A DNA stretch of 60,365 nt from a virus (Duplodnaviria > Caudoviricetes), in IMG/VR virus record IMGVR_UViG_3300032319_000867, positions 1-60,365 of that record. The stretch is one strand, 5' to 3'. How positions within the stretch are numbered: the stretch's first letter is position 1; each line of letters starts with the position of its first letter. Made by a program: the position numbers and the translations under genes. A model generated the notes under the pieces. It was given only the letters and a program-made list of their open reading frames with translations, was not told where the DNA came from and did no database searches. Below are positions 9,885 through 19,824 of this stretch, in pieces.

Positions 9885-12626
9885 TCAATCTTTTGATATT
9901 TTCTCTAAGCCCATTTGTTTCATTATTTTTGTTGCTACAGCATAAATTGCTTTTTCATTACCCTTATACTGCTTTTTAAGCTTGGTACGAATAATCTTTT
10001 CAACTTCTGGTGGAAAGTGAACTCTTCCTTTTTTCTTTTTTTCCAACAATACTTCTTTCACAAACAAAGAAATCATTTCCGCAAAAACTTCTTTTGTTGT
10101 TTTCGGTTTGTTTGGTTTCTTGGATTCTTTTTCTGCTTTTTTATCTGCTTCAATTTTTTCACCGGCAGTTTTAAAAAGTTCCAAGATTTCGGCTGCATCC
10201 CTCTGAACAGCTTTTATTGGTGGGAGTATTTCTTTAAAAGCTTTTAAATCATTGTTTTTAATTATTTCTCTAGCGGCTGTTCCAGAAAAACGTTGAGTGT
10301 CCCCAACTATTGTTTTTGTTTCTACTGCATGAATTCTATCATCAGCTACAAGATTTGGAAAGTTACGTAATAAAGCTTGTTGATTGAAACGATCCATGTC
10401 TTCTTGACCAGCAAACAAATAAACTTCTATATCTTTACTGCCATCTAATTCAACTACAGAATCAAAAGTGTATTTCACTGGAGATGTACTTGTAACAACT
10501 ACATTTATGCCTCTTTCTTCAAGTGCAGGTTTGATATATTTTTCAATATATTGAACTGAAGCTTGTCCACTCAAGGGAAATTCTCTTGGACGAATTCTAT
10601 CTGCGGTGGAAACAATCACCATTAATTTGTCAACATGTTTTTTAGCATCCAAAATACTTTCATAATGACCACGATGAAATGGTTTAAATGAACCGGGATA
10701 AAATCCTATCGATGTTAGTTTACTTGCTTGTTCACGAATAATTGCACGGTTTGCTGCGGTAAACCCACCACGATTAACAAGCTTAATAGGACCAGAAGAG
10801 CTTTTAACTACATAACCTTCACCACCAGCCACATCGCCAATATATGCTTTTACTGTTGTACTTTGCTTGTCAAATTGTGACACAAGCTTGTTTTTTAATG
10901 CTTCTATGTTTTTCACAACTTGAAAAATAACTTGAAAACCTTTTTCATTTTCTGCAATGTAATTTAAAAGATTGCCAATTTTTTGTTTTGAAAGTTTTTG
11001 ATTGCTTTCTACCCAAGTTTTAAAATCATCTAAAGATACAGAAGCAAAGTTGTCGGCTTTAGAGTTTGTGTAAGAATACAAAACATCTGGCAAATCTTTA
11101 ATTTTCTTTGCTGTTAGTTTTGATTCATCTAAAACAGAATCAATTAAGCCAGAAGCTCTTTCAACTTTTGCTTGAAGTGCTTCAGCAGCTTCAACCATTT
11201 CCATTTCAAACTTTGGAGTTTCATTTACAAACACTGGAGAGAAAATCAATACAGATCCTGCTAATAATCCTCCAGAAGCTAAATCCCCATTAAAATAATT
11301 TGTTATATCTTCTATGGGTTCTTCAATTGTGTTACCTTGTTCATCTTCTTTTATGATTCCATGCAACACAACCCCAACTGTGCTTGCTGCAATCTTTTTA
11401 CCAAGGTCAGACTTTGCAGGAACTTTATAAGTTACAACATTTGGTTTAAATTCAAATTCTCCATTAGCCAACATTGGTTTCTTCATATAAAGAAGATCAC
11501 CTTTGAAAAACACACCTTCTCCAGATTGCTTGTCCAATCTTTTTAAAGCATTCTTAAAAGGTTCAAATATACCAGAAAAACTTGAAGCAAACTCAGAATA
11601 ATCTTTTCCTGATTTTTCTCCTCTTGCTTGTATCATACTAGAAAGTTCTTCTGGAGACTCTGCTCTTCCTTTATAGCTTTTTACTACAAACCCACCTTTG
11701 TCGGTAAGAATAAATTTATCGTTTTTATCAACACCAAAGACTATTGCAGGAGATCCATCCCATTTAACAGTAGTTGTTGAAGTTGCATTTTCTGCAAGCT
11801 CTAATAAAGCATTTACAGCCTTTTGAGCACCTAAAGAACCATCCCAGTAAATCATGTCTTCTGGATGTTGAATACGAGCTTCTAATGCTTCTTTCAAGAA
11901 TCCAACAGATCGTGTCACAGGTGGAACTGGACTTGTTTTATCTTTTGAAAATGTTTCATTTGCTTCTGCAACAAGTTCATCAAAATTTGGCTTGTCTTTT
12001 ATTGCATTAACAATTGTTTCTACGTTTGATAAATCTGATCCTGTATAACCTTTTCCAAAAAGCACTTCTGCAATTTCATCTGGGTTTTTTGAAATGGTTT
12101 CATTTGTAGCTCTATCAATAAGTCCATTAAGATATGACCATTTCATTCCTTCTGGGAATTGTTCTGTTTTTGTTGCTTTTGCTATACTCCCCAAAAGAAA
12201 ATGTTTGTGTGAACCACGATAAGGAGAGTTAATTCCTCCACCTTGCATTGAAAACTTTAACCATTCTGGATCTCCGAACATAAAGTCTGTTTGAACAAAT
12301 CCTTTGCTTGGATCGCCAGTTATAGGTGTTTTTAAATGAACATTAATTCCACCTTTTTTAACATCATCTTTTAAAACACCTTTTATTGTTAATAACTTTG
12401 CAACAAGTTCATCTTTAGAAATTTTGGTTTCATCAACACCAAGATCCAAATCACCACTTGTAGCTTTTTTGCCAGTTGTTCCAAGCATGTTACTTAAAAG
12501 ATCTAAACCAGTTTGTTGTTCCAACCATTTAACTGTAGGAATAACATCTTCTTGATTTATTGCTTGTGTTAAATGTTCGCCTGTTTTTTTATCTTTAAAG
12601 ATATTGCCGCCTTCTTTTAAGATCAT
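9885..12626 (-). CDS. Multidomain protein: Pol-beta-type nucleotidyltransferase + KxDG ligase-like domain + HxGH nucleotidyltransferase
   Basis: LGTTGKK..SGDLDL...QTDF; TVKWDGSPA...GEGYVV...IKLV; FYPGSFKPFHRGH...SGTAAR. Confidence 0.7.
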   Translation of the reverse strand: MILKEGGNIFKDKKTGEHLTQAINQEDVIPTVKWLEQQTGLDLLSNMLGTTGKKATSGDLDLGVDETKISKDELVAKLLTIKGVLKDDVKKGGINVHLKTPITGDPSKGFVQTDFMFGDPEWLKFSMQGGGINSPYRGSHKHFLLGSIAKATKTEQFPEGMKWSYLNGLIDRATNETISKNPDEIAEVLFGKGYTGSDLSNVETIVNAIKDKPNFDELVAEANETFSKDKTSPVPPVTRSVGFLKEALEARIQHPEDMIYWDGSLGAQKAVNALLELAENATSTTTVKWDGSPAIVFGVDKNDKFILTDKGGFVVKSYKGRAESPEELSSMIQARGEKSGKDYSEFASSFSGIFEPFKNALKRLDKQSGEGVFFKGDLLYMKKPMLANGEFEFKPNVVTYKVPAKSDLGKKIAASTVGVVLHGIIKEDEQGNTIEEPIEDITNYFNGDLASGGLLAGSVLIFSPVFVNETPKFEMEMVEAAEALQAKVERASGLIDSVLDESKLTAKKIKDLPDVLYSYTNSKADNFASVSLDDFKTWVESNQKLSKQKIGNLLNYIAENEKGFQVIFQVVKNIEALKNKLVSQFDKQSTTVKAYIGDVAGGEGYVVKSSSGPIKLVNRGGFTAANRAIIREQASKLTSIGFYPGSFKPFHRGHYESILDAKKHVDKLMVIVSTADRIRPREFPLSGQASVQYIEKYIKPALEERGINVVVTSTSPVKYTFDSVVELDGSKDIEVYLFAGQEDMDRFNQQALLRNFPNLVADDRIHAVETKTIVGDTQRFSGTAAREIIKNNDLKAFKEILPPIKAVQRDAAEILELFKTAGEKIEADKKAEKESKKPNKPKTTKEVFAEMISLFVKEVLLEKKKKGRVHFPPEVEKIIRTKLKKQYKGNEKAIYAVATKIMKQMGLEKISKD

Positions 12627-12725
12627 GCTTTGTTCCTTTAGCTAATAACAATATATATGGGTTTAACACACTAAACAAGATGATTCAATATATATAAACT
12701 ACTCACAAAGATAAGGAGATACTTT

Positions 12726-13067
12726 ATGAAAGCAACATTAACTGGACAATATAATGGTGGTGGGGGAAAACAAGATATTTGTATTAAAGGTGATTTGACT
12801 GTTGAAGGTTTAAGTTCAAACGCAGATTTACTTTCAAGAATTGAGCAACTTGAAGCACATTTAGTCAAACTTGAAAACGTTGTTTCAAGACTTCAAGAAC
12901 AAAATATGCATTCAACTGTTGGGCAACTTGCAAAAGCTTTGGAAGAAGTTAAGCCCGAGTCTGTTGTTGAAACTGTTGAAACTTCAGAACCTTCTGTTGT
13001 CCAAGAATCTGTTCAAGAAGAACCTGTTGTTAAATCAAGCAGCAAAAAGAAAACTTCTTCTACTTGA
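12726..13067 (+). CDS. Hypothetical coiled-coil protein
   Basis: AAGGAG RBS; ORF with phage-like codon usage. Confidence 0.6.
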   Translation: MKATLTGQYNGGGGKQDICIKGDLTVEGLSSNADLLSRIEQLEAHLVKLENVVSRLQEQNMHSTVGQLAKALEEVKPESVVETVETSEPSVVQESVQEEPVVKSSSKKKTSST

Positions 13068-13092
13068 TTGAAATTATTTAACTATTTATTTA

Positions 13093-13452
13093 TTAGGGTG
13101 CCTTGGGGATGTGCTCCAAGGCATCTTGCTTTTTAGTTAAAGCATTTAATGCATCTTGCACAACGTTTGGATTTTCTTTTTTCCAACTACCAAGATGACC
13201 AACGTTTAAATGACATTGATATCCTTTGTTTTCACAAAGAGTTATAAGATTTGAATTCTCTAATTCAAGTTCTGGATAAAGATGAAATGGTTTGATGTGA
13301 TGAACTTGAAGTTGTTGTTCACAACCACAAGCTGCACACGCTGGAAACGATTTTAAATGCCTTTTGCGGACAGTTTCCCAACGAGGTGATCGTAGCTTTA
13401 GTGGTTTACCTTTAACGGCTTCCTTAATGGCTTTATAAAGGCGTGTAAGCAT
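13093..13452 (-). CDS. Small HNH endonuclease
   Basis: CAAC..LQVHHIKP...NLITLC....CH. Confidence 0.85.
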   Translation of the reverse strand: MLTRLYKAIKEAVKGKPLKLRSPRWETVRKRHLKSFPACAACGCEQQLQVHHIKPFHLYPELELENSNLITLCENKGYQCHLNVGHLGSWKKENPNVVQDALNALTKKQDALEHIPKAP

Positions 13453-13489
13453 CTTGATATATCTCCAAGATGTAAATAGTACAAAAGCA

Positions 13490-13516
13490 GAAGGGCAGCC
13501 TTTTGAGCTGCCCTTC
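13490..13516 (-). terminator. Terminator downstream of major capsid gene
   Basis: gaagggcagc-N7-gctgcccttc. Confidence 0.7.
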
Positions 13517-13574
13517 CTTTTATTTAGTCACTTGTACAGGGTATTTACCCCATATCAAGAGAGGTCACTATTGC

Positions 13575-15530
13575 TCAAATGATTGACATGTCAAGGCATG
13601 TCACGGTGGCGTAGAAGTCTGCACGAACCATCTTCTTCCCGTAGCGGGTCATGATGCCCTTACGTGGGGTGAAGTCCTCTTGTCCGTAGATTACGGGGGT
13701 GAGGATAAGTGGAACATATGGTGCGTAGATATAGCCGCTTTCAAGGAAGGTTGAACCCTTAAGACCGATAAGGATCTTGTTTACTGGGAAGTATGGATCA
13801 ACAAACACTGAGTAGCGACCGTTTACTGTACCGACTGCTTCTGCACCAATGCTCATGTTGTCACGAACTTGGCCGTCTGAGTCGATTTTGTAGTTGGCAC
13901 GGTAAGCAACTGTTGCTTCAAGGATTGTGCCCACTTCTGGTGAGCAGACGATGAAGTTACCTGAGCCACGGAGGGTCTTCTTGTGAATGACGTTTGCTGC
14001 GTCTGTTACAGTTTCGATAAGTGTTTCGTACCATTCACGGACTGTTCCTGTGAATTGTGGACCGGGGTATACGGTGTTGGTACGAGCAACTTCGGTACCT
14101 GTGTACTTGTTGACGAAGCGACCGGGGGCACGGCTCCAGAAGTAGTTAGCTGCTTGAGCTTGTGTGAGGAGGTCGTTGAGAATTTCACGGTCGATATCCA
14201 ATGTGATCATTTCAGAAAGGATATTTGTGAGCTCTGCTTCTACGTCGATTGAGTAGAATGCGGTCAAATCTTGTGCCATTTCTGGTGACCAGCGAGCACG
14301 TAGCTTACGGGTTGTGGCTGTTACTGCAACGCTGTCAATCTTGATGTCAACGTCTGGGATACGTGGGCTTGAATCAACTGCGAAGTTTGATTCGAAGCTT
14401 GGAATGGTCAATGTTGATCCATCAGCGTTGACTGAGAGAGCGTCTGCAATTGGAGCAGAAGCTGTAACTCTTGTTGCAGCATTACCGAGAGATACGGCTG
14501 CAACGCTTTGTGCGTTTGCAAGGCCCATTGCAAAAAGAATGTGTGAACCGCCGAATGGATCTGGTGTGAATGTTGAGCTTGTGCCAGCTTCGGTCCAGTT
14601 ACCACGCTTGGTGAAGCGACGGAAGTTGAGAACGCCTTCACCTTGTTGATATGTTTGTGGAGGAGCTGTAAATGTTGATGTTGAACCACCAAGACCTGTT
14701 ACTGCGATTTGTTCAATTGAGGTTAGATCTGCACCGTTGATTGCAGTTGTAACTTGAGAAGCTGATACAACTAAGAAGGTGAAGTCTAGCACGTTGCTTT
14801 CAACGTCTGTTGAAAGAAGTGGATCATAATCTACGAAACGTGCGTTGTAACCAACAAAGCCTGCTGAAGCTGATACTGATGAACCTGTGAGCCATGTGGT
14901 ACCACCTGTCCATGTGCCGAGAGCAACTACGCCTGTTCCGAGTTGACCTTGAACTTGTACTTTTGAATAACCAGAACCGATAAGGTTATATTGACCACCG
15001 GCAGCGAGTGAACCGCTGGTACGGATCAATGAACCTGATGGGTTGGTGTAGATTGATTGACCACGGGCATATGTTGCTGAACCGGGGTCTGTGCTTGTTG
15101 CGTATTGGTTAGCGGCTGTACCAGCGTCACCACCGACGTATGAGCCGTAGGTGTAATCTAAGTAGAAGAGTAGACCTGATGGAAGGCTCATTGGTTGAAC
15201 GCTGACGATTTCGTTAGCAACGAGTCCAGCGAACACACGACGAACGATTGGGAATGCTACGTTTGTGAAACCTGCCACTTGACCAGAGGATGCGAGTGAT
15301 GCACCACCTGTTGAAAGTGAGAGGCTTTCATTGAGCATTGATGAACCGCCCTTAAGCACTTCTACTGCTTGGTTTTCAAGTAGGCGAGCCATTTTTTGCT
15401 TGCCAGCGGCTGAAAGACCTTCAAGAAGACCTGTGCGTGTCCACTTGCCTACGATGCGGTCATCACCAGCATTTGCTGCGGTACGTTGGATACCTTCAGC
15501 GAGTTGTGAAATTGTAAGTGTCTTTGACAT
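13575..15530 (-). CDS. Major capsid protein (T4 gp23-like)
   Basis: LLENQ, FPIVRRV, VSVQPM..PSGL.F, TRKLRARWS.E.AQDL, EAEL.NILS.I..DIDREI, YAPYVPL, F.P.KG.MTRY. Confidence 0.97.
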   Translation of the reverse strand: MSKTLTISQLAEGIQRTAANAGDDRIVGKWTRTGLLEGLSAAGKQKMARLLENQAVEVLKGGSSMLNESLSLSTGGASLASSGQVAGFTNVAFPIVRRVFAGLVANEIVSVQPMSLPSGLLFYLDYTYGSYVGGDAGTAANQYATSTDPGSATYARGQSIYTNPSGSLIRTSGSLAAGGQYNLIGSGYSKVQVQGQLGTGVVALGTWTGGTTWLTGSSVSASAGFVGYNARFVDYDPLLSTDVESNVLDFTFLVVSASQVTTAINGADLTSIEQIAVTGLGGSTSTFTAPPQTYQQGEGVLNFRRFTKRGNWTEAGTSSTFTPDPFGGSHILFAMGLANAQSVAAVSLGNAATRVTASAPIADALSVNADGSTLTIPSFESNFAVDSSPRIPDVDIKIDSVAVTATTRKLRARWSPEMAQDLTAFYSIDVEAELTNILSEMITLDIDREILNDLLTQAQAANYFWSRAPGRFVNKYTGTEVARTNTVYPGPQFTGTVREWYETLIETVTDAANVIHKKTLRGSGNFIVCSPEVGTILEATVAYRANYKIDSDGQVRDNMSIGAEAVGTVNGRYSVFVDPYFPVNKILIGLKGSTFLESGYIYAPYVPLILTPVIYGQEDFTPRKGIMTRYGKKMVRADFYATVTCLDMSII

Positions 15531-15588
15531 TTTGATTTATCTCCTATTAATTGTTATTTACCGTTTTTGGTATATCTCTAAATATGCA

Positions 15589-17859
15589 TCACTTTGCAGT
15601 TCTCTTCACACCAGCCAAAACTTGCCAGCGTGTAGTGTCGAAGCTTGGTTCTACGTATCCTGCTGATTCGCTAAGAACTTTACGGTCAGATGTAACAGAT
15701 TCGTTCATCATTCCGTTTTTCTTGGCTGTGTTTAGTACACGAACAACACGATTGTAGATTTCTTTTGCTTCTGCTAGCGTTCTTGCACTATCGAGATACT
15801 CAACGATTTTGCGTTTTTGTGCCCCAGATAAATCGTCACGAACGAAAAGCTTGTTTACATAAAGTGAACGAGCTGTCAAAAGTTGTGTTTCTGACAATTG
15901 TTCACGCAAAACTTTATTTTCATTTACGCTATTTTTAGCCTTGCGAACAAGTTTACGAGCTTCTTGAAGGCTTTCTTCTTCTTCGCCTTCTTCTTCTGGC
16001 ATTTCCATGTCTTCGTCAGAGGACATTTCCATGTCTTCTTCGCCCATATCTTCTTCGCCGCCCATGTCTTCTTCGCTACCCATATCAACATCAAGTTCTT
16101 CGCCATCGAGAGAAACATTAACGTTGTCTACGTCAGAAGAGCTAACACCACCAAGATCAATTGTTAGTGAGAGATTGTCTTCTGCTTGTTCACGAAGAGC
16201 TTTTAGACGAGCTTTAGCTTTGCGAGCTTCCATAACAATTTCGTCGTTATCAAGCTCAAGCATGGTTTCGTCAGCGACTTCTTCATCCATGTTTTCTTGA
16301 TATCCTTCGTCGCCGTCGTCGCCCATGTCTCCCATCATTTCAGCAATTTCTTCTTCAAGTTGTTCAAGAAGAGACTCTGGTGATGGTTTTCCGGGCCATT
16401 CTTCTTTTTCTTTGGTTGGGAATGGTGCATCTTCAGCTTCTGCTTTAACGCCTTTGGGGTTACCAGAAACTTTATGTGCGTGTTTGGAATCACCACCTTC
16501 TGATTGTGCTGGTAGTGAAACTTTACCTGCTGGATCTTCAAATCCTTCTGCACCTTCAAAAAGTGTGCGAACTAATTCTTTCAATGAGCTATTTTTCATG
16601 TTTTTACCCTTTTCTAATGGATTTCGTTTATAACTAGTAATTACATTGAGATTTTCATAAAGCAATCCCAATCTGTCTTCATTGAAAGAAAAAAGTCTTG
16701 AAGAGATTGCATTCTTATTTTTAAGATTAATCAATGATTGATATAATCCAAACAATTGTTTTTCATGAGCTTCTTTAAGAAAACTATTCACATTGCCTTT
16801 TCTCAATGTCTGAACATTGCTTTCTACAAGCTCAAGTTGATCTTTAAATGCCTTATATTCCATTTGAACTGGTGCTGCTGGAGCCGCAGGTTGAGCAGCA
16901 GCAACAGGAGCAGCAGCAACAGGTGCTGGCTCAACTGGTGGTGCAGCCATTGGATCTGCTTGTGGAGCGGGAGCAGCAGGAGGAACTGCTGGTGCTGCAC
17001 CGGGAACAGCAGGAGGTGCTGCTGGTGGAGCACCAGCAATAGCATTTAAGGTATTTGGATCAGCAGGAGGTGCAGCAGGAGGTACTGCTCCAGCGGCTGC
17101 TGCTGCATTTGGGTCAGCAGGAGGAGCAGCAGGAGGAACTGCTGGTGCTGCGGGAGGTACTGCTCCAGCGGCTGCTGCGTTTGGATCTACTGGTGGAGCA
17201 GCAGGAGCTGCTGCTGGTGGGGTTGCTTGTTCACGCAAAAGTTTTTGAACTGCACGATAAATTTCTGCAAGTTGTGGGGATGCAGTTTCTGGTGCAGGAG
17301 GTGTTTCTAATTCTGCTGGTGAAGCAGGAGGAGCACCACCGGCTGTTTCTGGACCAGCAGGAGGAGTAACTTCTGGTGCTGGAGTTGATGGTAGTTCAGT
17401 TGGAACTGCTGTTGCACCAGTTTCTGCTGGTGATGTTTCTTTTTGAAAAAGACTATCAACAGAAATTACAATTTGTTGTTCACCAGTTGGAGAGATATCA
17501 ATTTTTCCAGTTACAGGAGTACCGGGAGAAACAATTGGTGGTGCAGCAGCAGCAACGGCTGGTTTCATTGTAGGCATTGTTGAAGTTGCTGCCATATCTG
17601 TTCCACCGCCTGCCGCTGCATCAATTGGACCAGTTGAACCAGCATCGGGAGATGGAGTTGGTGGAGCGGGAGGTGGAGCAGCCGCTGCTGGTGGAGTCAT
17701 TTCGTCTTGTTCCACGATGATTCCAGAAATTTCTTGATCAATCATTTGTTTAATAAGTGGGGATACTGCTTCAAGAACAGCGTTTTTTGCTTCTATTGCT
17801 GCAACATCACGTAGTTTTTTTGCTTCAATTAATGCTTCTTGGAACATCGGTGTTGACAT
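15589..17859 (-). CDS. Prohead core/scaffold protein
   Basis: Immediately upstream of the capsid gene; EAL.EAK.L...A..NAK-like N-terminus, acidic centre, L.E..LL.AR.LY.NKL, RWQ.LAG C-terminus; many L/I-x-E sites. Confidence 0.75.
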   Translation of the reverse strand: MSTPMFQEALIEAKKLRDVAAIEAKNAVLEAVSPLIKQMIDQEISGIIVEQDEMTPPAAAAPPPAPPTPSPDAGSTGPIDAAAGGGTDMAATSTMPTMKPAVAAAAPPIVSPGTPVTGKIDISPTGEQQIVISVDSLFQKETSPAETGATAVPTELPSTPAPEVTPPAGPETAGGAPPASPAELETPPAPETASPQLAEIYRAVQKLLREQATPPAAAPAAPPVDPNAAAAGAVPPAAPAVPPAAPPADPNAAAAAGAVPPAAPPADPNTLNAIAGAPPAAPPAVPGAAPAVPPAAPAPQADPMAAPPVEPAPVAAAPVAAAQPAAPAAPVQMEYKAFKDQLELVESNVQTLRKGNVNSFLKEAHEKQLFGLYQSLINLKNKNAISSRLFSFNEDRLGLLYENLNVITSYKRNPLEKGKNMKNSSLKELVRTLFEGAEGFEDPAGKVSLPAQSEGGDSKHAHKVSGNPKGVKAEAEDAPFPTKEKEEWPGKPSPESLLEQLEEEIAEMMGDMGDDGDEGYQENMDEEVADETMLELDNDEIVMEARKAKARLKALREQAEDNLSLTIDLGGVSSSDVDNVNVSLDGEELDVDMGSEEDMGGEEDMGEEDMEMSSDEDMEMPEEEGEEEESLQEARKLVRKAKNSVNENKVLREQLSETQLLTARSLYVNKLFVRDDLSGAQKRKIVEYLDSARTLAEAKEIYNRVVRVLNTAKKNGMMNESVTSDRKVLSESAGYVEPSFDTTRWQVLAGVKRTAK
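16870..17420 (-). repeat. Coding low-complexity Pro/Ala repeats (PPAAPPADPNAAAAGAV-type)
   Basis: Imperfect tandem GCA/GGA-rich repeats inside the scaffold ORF. Confidence 0.85.
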
Positions 17860-17934
17860 ATTTTGTTACTCCTGATATAACTTTTAGTTTTTAAGTATGG
17901 TGGTTAATTAACTTATCCCTTTTGCCTATTATTA

Positions 17935-18573
17935 TTAGGTTCTTGAGGTTGTTGGTTGACCGGGGAATTGACTTAATGGTTCTGCTCCTGCGCCAGAGCC
18001 TATACCTAATTTAAATTTACGAACGGTGCCCACATTATCAACAGTCCCTCTTTCAGAGGTGTTACTGTGAACTGGTGCTGCGGGGTTATATTCTTTAACT
18101 GTTACCACACCATCATTGTCTACTTCATTAGCCAATATGTTTGTAGCTGTTGATCTTACAGATCGCAAACCGTTTGGATCAACGCCATTTTCTACACCGG
18201 GAGAAGCAATTGTTGGAGTATAAGCTGTTCCAAGTTTCAAAGTTTTAATTTCTTCAGCACTCAAATCTTTATTTCTTGGATTTTGATATTCAGCAGTTAA
18301 AGTGCCACCAGCAGGAACAAAGTTCCTACGATATTGTGGGAACATTGGGTTTTCACCATTATAATCTGCCAAAGCAGCAACAGCACTTGCCTCAACAGCA
18401 ATTCTTTTTCCTTCTGTGGTAAGGGCTCCACTGTTAGGATCAGTAGATTGACCATATGCTGCATCTAATGTAGCATCTGGAGAACGAACACCTAAAGTTC
18501 CAGCTTTTGCCCCTGTACCGTATCCGGTGCGGGCGGTGGGTGCTTCAGTTGATTCATATTTGATTGTTGGCAT
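17935..18573 (-). CDS. Hypothetical protein in head module
   Basis: AAGGAG RBS; located between protease and scaffold genes. Confidence 0.65.
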   Translation of the reverse strand: MPTIKYESTEAPTARTGYGTGAKAGTLGVRSPDATLDAAYGQSTDPNSGALTTEGKRIAVEASAVAALADYNGENPMFPQYRRNFVPAGGTLTAEYQNPRNKDLSAEEIKTLKLGTAYTPTIASPGVENGVDPNGLRSVRSTATNILANEVDNDGVVTVKEYNPAAPVHSNTSERGTVDNVGTVRKFKLGIGSGAGAEPLSQFPGQPTTSRT

Positions 18574-18639
18574 GGCCTATAGCTCCTTATTGTATTATTA
18601 TACAATAACTATAGACCTTGATTAATTTTGGTGCTTTGT

Positions 18640-19173
18640 TTATTCGAAACTGCCTTTTTTTGCACCGGGAAGATGCCCACCACCACCAAATCCACCACCA
18701 GATTGTGCTGGTCGATTTGAAATAGGTTTATTAAAAGCTAGGCGTGCCCAATTACTCATTGGTTGTTGTTGTTGAACATGAGTTGTTACGGCAGCTTGTA
18801 ATGCTGCAACAGCTTGTGGATCTCTTGGAGGAAGTGGATTACGTCCTTGTGGAACCATCATTTGTTGTTGTTGAGGTTGCATCATCATTGGATTAAAAGA
18901 TTGACCAACCATATCTGGATTTAAACCATAAGGCATGGAGGGTTGTTGAGGTTGCATTGAGTTCAATGCAGTATCAGCAAACACTTGTTCCATGATTGGG
19001 TTACCGCCAGCAGCCATTTTTATTCTTGGATCTTGAAGTAAGTTTTGTTGTTGAATAGCTTGTGAGCGTTCTGTTACAACTCCTGAGATCATATGATCCA
19101 AGGCTCCTTCAGAAACAAGTTCTTTAAGACATTCTTTTATGATAGCTTTGAATTCTGCTTTTTGAACTTTCAT
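18640..19173 (-). CDS. Hypothetical head-module protein (Gln/Met-rich)
   Basis: EFKAIIKECLKE N-terminus; synteny. Confidence 0.65.
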   Translation of the reverse strand: MKVQKAEFKAIIKECLKELVSEGALDHMISGVVTERSQAIQQQNLLQDPRIKMAAGGNPIMEQVFADTALNSMQPQQPSMPYGLNPDMVGQSFNPMMMQPQQQQMMVPQGRNPLPPRDPQAVAALQAAVTTHVQQQQPMSNWARLAFNKPISNRPAQSGGGFGGGGHLPGAKKGSFE

Positions 19174-19212
19174 GTTATCTCTCTTATGGTTTAAACCAAG
19201 TGTGTTAAATTA

Positions 19213-19824
19213 TTATTTTTTTGTTTTGAGAGCAAGAATTTCATTTGCAGCACGATCAACAAGATCACTCTTGGTGAAGATGTTTTTTGTTACGCTTGCA
19301 TCATATTGTTTTGCTTCGGCCATCATAAACGCACCGGGAGTGCTTGGTTCGCTAACAAAGTCCCAACAAATAATTTGTAAGTCATCTTGAACAACGTTTA
19401 CATTGTTTTCTCTTTGAAGAGAACCTAATGCTCTGCTGGAAATACCGGGTTTGCATTTTGCTTTAATAATGCTTTCGATGATTTTACCGCAAGGTGTATC
19501 TAGGATTTCTACCTTGCCGTATACTACGTCACCTTCCATCCAAATCTCACGAATAACGTGTGAGATGTTTTTCATGTTGACAATTGGTTCATTGGCATGA
19601 TCTAATTCACCAAAGGCACGATTTTCACGAATAAGTTTTTCGTAGTTACGAATTTCACGTTCAAGAATATTACGAGGATACACACGACCGTTTTGGTTTA
19701 ATGTGTTAGCTTTTTGTAGAATCCCAGAAAGAACTAAAGGCTTTCCGTCTTCACGTTTATCTAAGTCTGAATCATTATATTCAAAGGCTGTAAACTCTTT
19801 GAGTAAGAATTTTTTATCGCTCAT
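19213..19824 (-). CDS. Prohead protease (T4 gp21-like)
   Basis: NQNGRVYP, GELDH, SHVI, GISSRALGS, WDFVSEPSTPGA. Confidence 0.95.
   Translation of the reverse strand: MSDKKFLLKEFTAFEYNDSDLDKREDGKPLVLSGILQKANTLNQNGRVYPRNILEREIRNYEKLIRENRAFGELDHANEPIVNMKNISHVIREIWMEGDVVYGKVEILDTPCGKIIESIIKAKCKPGISSRALGSLQRENNVNVVQDDLQIICWDFVSEPSTPGAFMMAEAKQYDASVTKNIFTKSDLVDRAANEILALKTKK

Noticed and set aside
16870-17420. CRISPR-like or non-coding repeat array (also 44630-44700)
   Set aside because: Repeats are imperfect, in frame and encode Pro/Ala linkers; there is no repeat-spacer periodicity and no cas gene
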